Source: an uncultured Nitrososphaerota archaeon
GTDB taxonomy: Archaea > Korarchaeota > Korarchaeia > Korarchaeales > Korarchaeaceae
DNA length: 32,000 bases
Assembly (NCBI GenBank): GCA_964480775.1
Contig: CAYZRF010000017.1
Location: 1 to 32,000, forward strand
Reading direction: 5' to 3'
The notes under the pieces were generated by a model that was not told where the DNA came from, searched no databases, and worked only from the letters and a program-made list of their open reading frames with translations. The position numbers were made by a program, and so were the translations under genes. Below are positions 1-7,752 of this stretch, piece by piece; the stretch's first letter is position 1; every line of letters starts with the position of its first letter.

Positions 1-591
1 GAGTTCTTTTTTCAACGAAGTAAGCCATAGCTCCATAGAAGATACTAACTTATCTCTAAACTTTTCATCTGGAACCCTAAGTACACTAACTAGCTTTCTT
101 GGATCTATGTCCATTATAACATTCCCTATTAATATGTCTGCTCCCTCTATTGTTTCTGCTGCATTCCCGGACGCTTTCTTTCCGTTTATCACTACATCGT
201 TTATCGGTTTATATTCGGCGTTGAGACCATATTTTCTGTATACATAAACTGTAGGCTGAAGATACTTCCTGTAAAAGGCTTCTACATCCATCGGTCCTTT
301 ACTCTTCACGATTAGATGATAGAACTGTTGCCCATCATCTAAATAGACTGCACCCCCTCCCTGTCTTCTTCTTACTATTGGTATTCCTTGAGATGAGCAG
401 TACTCCACATTCACTTCTTTGAAGACTATCTGATGGACACCTATGCAGACATAAGGTTCAGAAGGATAGCACAGAACTACGGTATTAGGCGATTTACCAC
501 TTCCTACGAATTTTGCTATTGATTCATAAACTGATTGAATGGAATAGCCGTCTAATGCACCTAGATCCAATAACCTCCACTTTTCTAGCAT
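1..591 (-). CDS. lplA: Lipoate-protein ligase A, catalytic domain (partial; 3' end runs off the window start)
   Basis: This gene is not in the supplied ORF track because it has no stop inside the window. My translation of the minus strand from the ATG at 591..589 stays open to base 1 (197 codons): MLEKWRLLDLGALDGYSIQSVYES...GIPIVRRRQGGGAVYLDDGQQFYHL...VINGKKASGNAAE...LVSVLRVPDEKFRDKLVSS. The RRxxGGGAVY.D.G motif and the GKK.SG lysine motif are BPL/LplA/LipB signatures. The VPDEKFRDK stretch matches my memory of Thermoplasma LplA. Confidence 0.85.
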   Translation of the reverse strand, partial: MLEKWRLLDLGALDGYSIQSVYESIAKFVGSGKSPNTVVLCYPSEPYVCIGVHQIVFKEVNVEYCSSQGIPIVRRRQGGGAVYLDDGQQFYHLIVKSKGPMDVEAFYRKYLQPTVYVYRKYGLNAEYKPINDVVINGKKASGNAAETIEGADILIGNVIMDIDPRKLVSVLRVPDEKFRDKLVSSMELWLTSLKKEL

Positions 592-647
592 CGGAGAAAC
601 CAATTGAGGTAATTATAAAGTGTTTTGTAGAATTAGTATGTTCCGAG

Positions 648-1088
648 TCACCTTGTAAGGATCTTAATTATGCTATAAACTATCAACAAACCAACGATTA
701 GAAAAACAACATCGTAAATTATCCCCGGATTAACTGTTTGGCCAATGTAAATTCCAAGAGCCCTTACAAGAATGTTTCTTAGATAAATGTAAAGTACGGA
801 CAAATCAACGAGGTTAAGTATATGACCTGTGATGTCTGACACCAATTCTGCCTTCTCAGGGATGCTCTCTTCATATATCATTGAAAGTGGCCTTCCTAGT
901 CCTTTGATAAGTCCTGCCATAATGAGAGCCAATAAAACCACTATGACATCCGAAACGGTAACGCCTAGCAGAGGAATTACGATGGTGCTTATTACGTAAA
1001 CCTTCATGAATACCCATAACAGAATGAAGGTAATCACTATCGCTGAAATCTGTCTGACAAGTAGCTTGCTACCTTCCTTTACTGACAC
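648..1088 (-). CDS. Small hypothetical integral membrane protein
   Basis: 146-aa ORF with a GTG start at 1088. It has several long hydrophobic segments (AIVITFILLWVFMKVYVISTIVIPLLGV, VIVVLLALIMAGLI, VVFLIVGLLIVYSII). I recognise no family. Confidence 0.45.
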   Translation of the reverse strand: MSVKEGSKLLVRQISAIVITFILLWVFMKVYVISTIVIPLLGVTVSDVIVVLLALIMAGLIKGLGRPLSMIYEESIPEKAELVSDITGHILNLVDLSVLYIYLRNILVRALGIYIGQTVNPGIIYDVVFLIVGLLIVYSIIKILTR

Positions 1089-1279
1089 ACAATCACCTAC
1101 TTCCTAAAGAAACGAGGAGATAAAAACATAACCAGGGACATAGAGAAATGGTTGTAGGAAGTGTCAATCTTCATCAAAAAATTAGAAATTAAAGACACAA
1201 ACTTAAACTCGAGCTTTAAAAATGAAAAATAAAAGAAATCTACCTTGAAAATGCTTTTAATCTCTGTTGGGCTAAGAAT

Positions 1280-1696
1280 TCATCTCTTCTTAAGGTCTTC
1301 TTTTATGAACTCGATGTATTGGTCTTTGCTCATCAAATTCTTCAAATCCTCATCCAAATTTGATGGCTTTATCTTAGCTATCCATCCCTCTCCATAAGGA
1401 TCCTCGTTAAGAAGGCTAGGCTGATCCTCTAGCTTTTCATTAACCTCCAAAACTTCTCCAGATATTGGGGACTCTATTGGTCCTGACCATTTTCCGCTCT
1501 CAATTGTACCTATCGGCTCATCTTGAGCTACCTCATCTCCAACAAGAGGTAGCTCAACGAAGACTATTTTCTTGGCGAGATACTGACCATAATCGGTCAG
1601 ACCAACAACAACGGTGTCGTCTTCTATTTTTGCATACATATTTCCTTTGGAGTAGTACAATCCTTCGGGTACCTTAAAGTCCTCTGCACTTGCCAT
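1280..1696 (-). CDS. gcvH: Glycine-cleavage H-protein-like lipoyl carrier protein
   Basis: The H-protein fold is recognisable: KVPEGLYYSKGNMYAKIEDD...VGLTDYGQ, lipoyl-lysine context IGTIESGKWSGPIESPISGEVLEVNEKL, and C-terminal DPYGEGWIAKIK. I place the start at the ATG at 1696 (MASAEDFKVPEGLYY) rather than the longest-ORF ATG at 1744, because the extra 16 residues have no H-protein counterpart. Confidence 0.85.
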   Translation of the reverse strand: MASAEDFKVPEGLYYSKGNMYAKIEDDTVVVGLTDYGQYLAKKIVFVELPLVGDEVAQDEPIGTIESGKWSGPIESPISGEVLEVNEKLEDQPSLLNEDPYGEGWIAKIKPSNLDEDLKNLMSKDQYIEFIKEDLKKR

Positions 1697-1889
1697 ATAT
1701 ATCACCAATTTAGTGAGTTCAAGGGAAAGAATAAAACCTTTCATAAGTTCGAACCTTTACAGTGAATTCTTAGTTAAGGGCGAGATTGTTGCAAAATGTG
1801 TATTTCAAATTGAGTAGTTGATCAGTTAAACTCAAACCCCTTAATTTGAAACTGTTGAATTTTTAACTGATTGAATTTACCTCAAGGCT

Positions 1890-3944
1890 GTGAACACAGA
1901 GAACGTCCTCTTCAGATTCGTAGCTCATGTGGTACCGTACTTAACATTAGGGACTCTTATAGTAGGAATCGCTCTAAAAGCAAGAAATTGGCTTAAAACT
2001 GGAACCTGGCCTAAAGCAAGGAGTTCTTTAAGTAAGTGGCTCTCTCATTTTTTGAAGAGATCTGCTTCTAATCTAATCTTGTTCTCTAAAATATACAAAC
2101 AGAGGAAGTTCTTCTGGTTTCTAAGTCTAGGCTTTCACGTGACCGTATTTATGATATTGTTCGGACACCTTAGGGGTTTTGGGGTTTGGTCAAAAGAAAT
2201 TCTTCAAAAAGTGGGCGCTAACTTCACTCATTTTATGATTGAGACGTTACCACTTTACCTCGGAATACTTTCCACAATTCTAATAGGCGGGTTGCTATTC
2301 TATAGACTCGCTAATAAAACACTTAAACTACAATCAGAGTTAGAAGACTACATAACAACTACTTTAGTTCTTCTAACAGTTGCTTCCGGTACTGCTATGA
2401 GGCTACTTCCTCCAGAATCGTTCAATCCAATGAAAATAGAATTCTTACCTGGTATTATCCTTAGGATTGAGAAAACACCAAATATACCTTTCTTTTTACT
2501 TCATATCTTATCCGCCCAGCTTCTCATAATGTATCTACCGTTCAGCAAGCTTGTCCATATAATAACGTCAGTAGTGAATGTAGCATACTCATCAATTGAG
2601 GATAAAGCAGAAGAATTTACTCCCTACGTTACTAAATGTGGAGAAAAATTAGAAATTAAGGGTAAGGAAGACGCTGCTGATAGAATTGATTTATCTGCTC
2701 TGCCAGGGAAGTTTGTACTTGCCCTTGACACATGTGTAGCATGCAGTAATTGCACTCTAAATTGTCCGACCTATAGTTTATCAGGAGAAAAAGCCCACAT
2801 ACCAGGTGTAAGACTCAAAGGTATACATAAGGCGTATTATCAGCAATCTCCGCTCTCCAAAATCCTCGGTTTAACGATAAGAAGGCAAACTTTAGAAAAA
2901 ATGATCTGGGAATGTGCTTTATGCGGTTACTGCAGCGAAAGTTGCCCATTGGAAATAAAGACAGATTCTATCTACCTACTACTGAGAATAGCAATGACAA
3001 GCGCAACTTGGACTCCAGAACCTCTAATTGATTTTTCTAATATCGTTAAAGAGACTCACAACCCTCTTGGTAGAGACAATAAAGAAAGAACTAGGTGGAT
3101 AAAGTACAGGCTTATAAGAAATAAGAAAATTGTTGAAAAGCTTGGTTCTGAAGCTGCTCCCTATTACTTCGAACTAACCGATGAGGATCTGATAAAAGAC
3201 AAGGCTGAAACAGTATACTTTGTGGGTTGCATTGCCTCGTTCTTCAGAAGCCTTTCTAGAGTTCCAGATGCGATGGTTCACATTCTAAAAGCAGCAGACG
3301 AAAACTTCACAATTCTTGGGGAAGAGGAGTGGTGTTGCGGATATCCTTTGCTATTGGCTGGAGATTTTGAAGGTTTCAAAAGGGCAGCATTACATAACAT
3401 TGAAGCAATAAAAGCCAGAGGAGCCAAAAAGGTGGTGTTTACGTGTGCTGGGTGTTATAAGACGTTCAAACACTTATACACCAAACTGTTGGGATTTAAA
3501 CCTGAATTCAAATTACTTCACTCTTCTGAGTTATTACACGAGCTGTATATAAAGGGAAGACTCAGATCAATCAAACCTAGGATCAAAGTAACGTATCATG
3601 ATCCTTGTGATATAGGAAGACATGATCACATATATCTAGAACCCAGGGCAGTGATGAGGTTTGCGGGCTGTGATTATCTTGAAATGGAAAAAGCGAAAAG
3701 AAATAGCTTCTGCTGTGGAGGAGGTGGCTTGCTTAAGCTTTCAAACCCTGAGCTTAGCACAAAAATTGCTATAGAAAGAACAAAGCAAGCAGCAATGACG
3801 GGAGCCGAATTTATTGTTACAGCCTGCCCTTCCTGTGAGATTACATTACGAGAAGGAATTCAGGCCCTTAAAGGTAAAAATCTCAAAGTCTTGGATATAG
3901 TAGAAGTTGTAGCAATTCAAACAGGTTTACTTCCCTTATCCTGA
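1890..3944 (+). CDS. Fusion of a NarI/DsrM/HdrE-type membrane cytochrome b with an HdrD/DsrK/GlpC-type CCG iron-sulfur protein (HdrED / DsrMK / EMO-like)
   Basis: GTG start at 1890. The N-terminal ~230 aa contain about 5 hydrophobic helices with paired His (LGFHVTVFMILFGHLRG; LLHILSAQLLIMYLPFSKLVHII, a NarI-family PF..LVH motif). The middle carries two ferredoxin motifs (CVACSNCTLNCP; CALCGYCSESCP). The C-terminal part has two CCG-type cysteine-rich domains (VGC...CCGYPLL...TCAGC; HDPC...FCCGGGG...TACPSC). Confidence 0.85.
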   Translation: MNTENVLFRFVAHVVPYLTLGTLIVGIALKARNWLKTGTWPKARSSLSKWLSHFLKRSASNLILFSKIYKQRKFFWFLSLGFHVTVFMILFGHLRGFGVWSKEILQKVGANFTHFMIETLPLYLGILSTILIGGLLFYRLANKTLKLQSELEDYITTTLVLLTVASGTAMRLLPPESFNPMKIEFLPGIILRIEKTPNIPFFLLHILSAQLLIMYLPFSKLVHIITSVVNVAYSSIEDKAEEFTPYVTKCGEKLEIKGKEDAADRIDLSALPGKFVLALDTCVACSNCTLNCPTYSLSGEKAHIPGVRLKGIHKAYYQQSPLSKILGLTIRRQTLEKMIWECALCGYCSESCPLEIKTDSIYLLLRIAMTSATWTPEPLIDFSNIVKETHNPLGRDNKERTRWIKYRLIRNKKIVEKLGSEAAPYYFELTDEDLIKDKAETVYFVGCIASFFRSLSRVPDAMVHILKAADENFTILGEEEWCCGYPLLLAGDFEGFKRAALHNIEAIKARGAKKVVFTCAGCYKTFKHLYTKLLGFKPEFKLLHSSELLHELYIKGRLRSIKPRIKVTYHDPCDIGRHDHIYLEPRAVMRFAGCDYLEMEKAKRNSFCCGGGGLLKLSNPELSTKIAIERTKQAAMTGAEFIVTACPSCEITLREGIQALKGKNLKVLDIVEVVAIQTGLLPLS

Positions 3945-4183
3945 CTTCTCTTTTCACATAAATTTCGTTGCAATTAAACTATTGACATCTATTGGCAAAA
4001 TAATTTACAAGTCTCTAAATCCCATTGTGCTTTTCAGGGAACAATTTTATATTGTGAAGCAATCATAAAATCCGATTTTAGCCCATGTGGTCCGATTTCA
4101 AGGACAAAGTTATAGCTCTGGAGGGCTACAATAACTTTGGCAGATTTTATCTCTAAAAAAAGCTTAAGAAGGAGCTGCTCAGG

Positions 4184-6808
4184 ATGAATGAACGATTTTC
4201 ATACTTATCGGCTCTTGGCCGCTTGGATCTACCGTTCGCCTTGACCGCATCTCCTCTTATTTACGGGTTTATTGCAGCCACCCCATTTTATCCGAAAAAA
4301 GTGGTGTTAGTCGCTTCGGCAATTCTAATTTTTCTATCTCTAAAGAAAGGGGTTCTCGCTCTTGGAATCGCGGCACTTCTTTCTACATTTTCAATCTTTT
4401 ATCAATTTGGGGGTTTGGGCTTTGTATATCTCTTAGCTGTCGGATTAGTTGTAGCTGCTGTAGCTTCCTATGGACTGGAGGCGCTTATCTTATTAGATGC
4501 TATTTACTTCAGCTTAACGCCATTTTTCTACCTTACTCCAGCACTGATAATCTTCGGGGGCTATGAATTTGGAAGTAATTCGGGACGAAATCAAGGGCTC
4601 ATAGCCTCTCTAGTTTGTCTAGGACTAGCTGCTTTATTGGGGAATCCGATGAGAAATCTATTTCCATCAATAATGGTGGATCTGCCTGTTTTAGAAGCAA
4701 CGAAACCTCTTGTTAATGAGTTTACACCAAAAGTCCTTCTTGAGGCTCTTAAATATGGGATAGAGAAGGGGATCGACCCTCAAATCTCCAAACAAATTAA
4801 TTTGGCCCTATCTCGCATATTTCTTGAAGATTTGAAACCATATGCAATAATTCTTATCTGGTCTTTAATGGGTTACATATCTGGATATATTTCAAATAAG
4901 AGGGAAGGATACTCTCGCCCCCTGCTTGGCTCTTTTGTTGGTAGTCTAACCTTAGCGCCTCTTGTTCTACTCGATAAAAACTACGCGAACATAGTTTTTA
5001 CAACACTTCTACTTTCAATAGGGATATTAAGTACAAGATACTCCATAACTCTATTAGAAAGAAAGAAAGCCGGCAAAAAAGCAGAAATCTCACTTAAAAA
5101 ACACCCAATTGGTGTTAGGGAAATATTAGAAGCGAAGAAGGTAACTCTTAGGGACATGGATCCCGAAAGACTCTTCAAAGGTGTAGCGAACTATTCAGAA
5201 ATAAAGCAAGAGTTAACAGAAGCCATAATTTGGCCTTTGATTAGATCAGACCTAGCAAAAGAGTATGGAGTTGAAATGGCTAAAGGAATTCTACTCTTTG
5301 GACCTCCCGGATGTGGGAAAACCCTATTGATGAGAACACTTGCAGAGAATACTGGACTATCCTTTATTCACGTCAGACTGGGCGAAATATTAAGTAAATG
5401 GTATGGAGAAAGCGAGAGAAACTTGTTAACTCTATTTGAGAGAGCTAGAGCGATGAAACCATGTATAATCTTCTTAGACGAATTAGATTCCATTGGAAAA
5501 AGAAGAGATATGTATGCTTCGGATGACGTGACTCCCAGGCTTCTAAGTTTAATGCTTAGCGAGATGGATGGAATGAAATATGAGGCAGGAATAATTGTTG
5601 TGGGCGCAACTAACATGCCAAACCTTTTAGATCCAGCCCTACTAAGGCCTGGAAGATTTGATAAACTAATATACGTTCCTCCTCCAGATTTCAAGGCTAG
5701 ATTTGAGATTCTAAAGTCTAAATGCATCAATCTACCGCTAGCTGAGGATATAGACTTCGAATATCTGGCAAAAATTACAGAAAGATTTAGTGGAGCAGAT
5801 ATAGCGGCTCTTTGTTCTGAAGTAAGTAGAATGGTTGCTTTTGAGACCATTAAAACAGGAAAAAAGAGAAAGATAACTCAAGAGGACTTCATTGAAGTGA
5901 TAAGATCTATGAAACCTAGTATTTCGATGCAAATGTTAGATTCTTTCCAGAGATTCAAATTAGATTATGAAAGAAGCAGGATTAAGAGAAAAAGAGAGGA
6001 AAAGAAAATCAGCTGGGATGATATTGGAAACTTGGAAGAGGTCAAGACAAAACTTTTAGAGAGCATAGAGCTTCATTTGAAGCACTCTGATTTAATGGAA
6101 AAGTACAAATTAGAACCTATAAGGGGGATTCTACTCTTTGGACCTCCCGGATGTGGGAAAACCCTATTGTCCAAGGCAGTGGCTGAAGAACTGGAGATGC
6201 CTTTTATCTACATAACAGGATCTGATGTGTTGAGCGAGGGCTTAACAAAAGCAATGAATAAGATAAAAAAGGTGTTTTACAGGGCAAAAGAAAACGCTCC
6301 TTCAATTATATTCATCGATGAGCTTGATGAGTTAGCTCCAGTGAGAGGAACAGGCTTTCCAGGTCTTGTCGGAGAGCTTCTTTCTAATATGGATGGCATT
6401 AGGGAATTTAAGGGAGTTGTAATTCTTGCGGCCTCTAACAGACCATGGGAAGTGGATCCTGCCCTTCTGAGGCCTGGTAGGTTTGATTACATTATGTACA
6501 TCCCACCTCCAAACAAGGAAGCCCGAAAAGAGATCTTCTGGGTCCATTTAAAGGGAGTCCCTACAAAAGAAATAGATTTTGAGGAGCTGGCAAATCTTTC
6601 AGAAGGATATAGCGGAGCAGATATAGCTGCTGTGTGTAGAGAAGCTAAACTCCTTGCTATTAGAGAAAAAATAGAAAAATCGGGAGAGGGGCTTGTTGCA
6701 ATGGATCACCTGAAAAAAGCTCTTCACAAGGTGAATCCTTCTCTAGACAAAAGTTTGCTTGCAAAATACGAAAAATTTGCCCAAGATTTAGGACAAAAGC
6801 TTCATTAA
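4184..6808 (+). CDS. Membrane-anchored tandem AAA+ ATPase (Cdc48/VCP-like D1-D2 with a polytopic N-terminal membrane domain)
   Basis: AAGGAG lies 12 nt upstream of the ATG. The N-terminal ~300 aa are strongly hydrophobic with multiple predicted TM helices. Two AAA modules follow. Each has Walker A GILLFGPPGCGKTLL, a Walker B (IIFLDELD / IIFIDELD) and SRH/Arg-finger DPALLRPGRFD. D1 has the pore loop SKWYGESE; D2 has none. Confidence 0.85.
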   Translation: MNERFSYLSALGRLDLPFALTASPLIYGFIAATPFYPKKVVLVASAILIFLSLKKGVLALGIAALLSTFSIFYQFGGLGFVYLLAVGLVVAAVASYGLEALILLDAIYFSLTPFFYLTPALIIFGGYEFGSNSGRNQGLIASLVCLGLAALLGNPMRNLFPSIMVDLPVLEATKPLVNEFTPKVLLEALKYGIEKGIDPQISKQINLALSRIFLEDLKPYAIILIWSLMGYISGYISNKREGYSRPLLGSFVGSLTLAPLVLLDKNYANIVFTTLLLSIGILSTRYSITLLERKKAGKKAEISLKKHPIGVREILEAKKVTLRDMDPERLFKGVANYSEIKQELTEAIIWPLIRSDLAKEYGVEMAKGILLFGPPGCGKTLLMRTLAENTGLSFIHVRLGEILSKWYGESERNLLTLFERARAMKPCIIFLDELDSIGKRRDMYASDDVTPRLLSLMLSEMDGMKYEAGIIVVGATNMPNLLDPALLRPGRFDKLIYVPPPDFKARFEILKSKCINLPLAEDIDFEYLAKITERFSGADIAALCSEVSRMVAFETIKTGKKRKITQEDFIEVIRSMKPSISMQMLDSFQRFKLDYERSRIKRKREEKKISWDDIGNLEEVKTKLLESIELHLKHSDLMEKYKLEPIRGILLFGPPGCGKTLLSKAVAEELEMPFIYITGSDVLSEGLTKAMNKIKKVFYRAKENAPSIIFIDELDELAPVRGTGFPGLVGELLSNMDGIREFKGVVILAASNRPWEVDPALLRPGRFDYIMYIPPPNKEARKEIFWVHLKGVPTKEIDFEELANLSEGYSGADIAAVCREAKLLAIREKIEKSGEGLVAMDHLKKALHKVNPSLDKSLLAKYEKFAQDLGQKLH
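5288..5329 (+). repeat. Copy 1 of a 42-nt perfect direct repeat inside the AAA+ gene (Walker A of D1)
   Basis: attctactctttggacctcccggatgtgggaaaaccctattg is identical at 5288..5329 and 6128..6169. The offset is exactly 840 nt (280 codons, in frame). The flanking bases diverge immediately on both sides. Confidence 0.9.
6128..6169 (+). repeat. Copy 2 of the 42-nt perfect direct repeat (Walker A of D2)
   Basis: Same 42-mer as 5288..5329. Other motifs conserved between D1 and D2 (for example the PALLRPGRFD region, ~5638 vs ~6461) differ at several synonymous positions. Confidence 0.9.
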
Positions 6809-6957
6809 TGTTATCAATGCTACAAATAATTGATCATTTAGTCGCTAAATGTCTTAAAGTGTAAGAGATGTCTAATAGATACTTCTAGTAAACTATTGGA
6901 GGAGATATCACGGCAGAATAGTTTTATTAATGCAAAACACATTAGGGCTGAGAGGCA

Positions 6958-7548
6958 TTGGACTCGCTATTCGACAAGATGTACTTGGATTTCTATGCAG
7001 AAAAGGGTAAACTTATGTGGGGACAGTCTCCTTCGCCCGGTGTAGTTCGTTTCGCTGAATTCTTGAAAAGCAAAGAAATGTCTGACGCCATCGTATTGGA
7101 TTCTGGTTGCGGAGAGGGAAGAAATAGCATTCATCTAGCAAAACAGGGGTTCAGGGTTTACGGCTTGGATATATCGGCTATTGCGATAGATAAAGCTAGG
7201 GAATGGGCTGAAAAAGAGGGTTTATTGGAAAAGATATGGTTTGAAGTCGGTGATGTTTCACAAATGGAGTTTAGAAATGAGTTCTTCGACGCCGCCATAG
7301 ACATCAACACCATAAATTTTGTCAAATCAAGAAGAAGATATGTCGCTGAGCTTTCAAGAGTACTTAAACCAAAAGGATATCTGTTTATTGAAACTTTATC
7401 AGAGAAGAGCAAAGAATACGGAATACCAAGGGAAGAACTTGACTGGCTGATAACTCCTTTCTTTGAAATTTTAGAAATAGAGGAGTTTAACGCCCCTTGG
7501 GGAGGACATAACCTTCTACATTATAGAATCTTAGCTCAGAACAGATGA
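6958..7548 (+). CDS. Class I SAM-dependent methyltransferase (TehB/Methyltransf_11-25-like)
   Basis: Motif I VLDSGCGEGRNSIHLA, followed by VYGLDIS, VGDV and the post-motif LKPKGYLFIE. The longest ORF starts at a TTG at 6958; an in-frame ATG at 6979 is an alternative start. Confidence 0.75.
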   Translation: MDSLFDKMYLDFYAEKGKLMWGQSPSPGVVRFAEFLKSKEMSDAIVLDSGCGEGRNSIHLAKQGFRVYGLDISAIAIDKAREWAEKEGLLEKIWFEVGDVSQMEFRNEFFDAAIDINTINFVKSRRRYVAELSRVLKPKGYLFIETLSEKSKEYGIPREELDWLITPFFEILEIEEFNAPWGGHNLLHYRILAQNR

Positions 7549-7711
7549 ATGATTATAACTGATTTATTCGTAAAAAGGTAGCTCGTACTTCATCTTTTTC
7601 AATTAACTAGTTTTGTCGAGATAAGACATTTTTCTCTTCTCATAGGGTGGTTTTGGATTCAAAAACGAGATCTCCTAAAGTTTTTGCTATAGCCTTTCTC
7701 TCCTAAACTAG

Positions 7712-7727
7712 GAAAAAATTTAATTAA
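7712..7727 (+). promoter_or_regulatory. Candidate archaeal BRE/TATA element for the acyl-CoA dehydrogenase gene
   Basis: A purine-rich gaaaaaa is followed by tttaattaa, 26-34 nt upstream of the ATG at 7753. That spacing fits a leaderless or near-leaderless archaeal transcript. This is sequence pattern only. Confidence 0.3.
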
Positions 7728-7752
7728 TCCCAATAAAGAGCATAGGGTCACT

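Noticed and set aside
513-701. 62-aa plus-strand ORF spanning the lplA start and the membrane-protein gene end
   Set aside because: It overlaps two minus-strand genes and the spacer between them, and has no motif. The lplA frame on the opposite strand is strongly supported.
4085-4156. 23-codon ORF (MWSDFKDKVIALEGYNNFGRFYL) and the tccgattt direct repeat in the spacer upstream of the AAA+ gene
   Set aside because: The ORF is too short, has no SD-like element and has no support beyond being open. The 8-nt repeat is within chance expectation for AT-rich DNA.
5368-5850. 160-aa minus-strand ORF (plus 4981..5178, 5738..5932 and 6332..6547) inside the AAA+ gene
   Set aside because: These ORFs are fully antisense to a gene with unmistakable AAA+ motifs in the plus frame. 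Their translations are low-complexity Ser/Leu-rich with no recognisable domain, which is typical of shadow ORFs.
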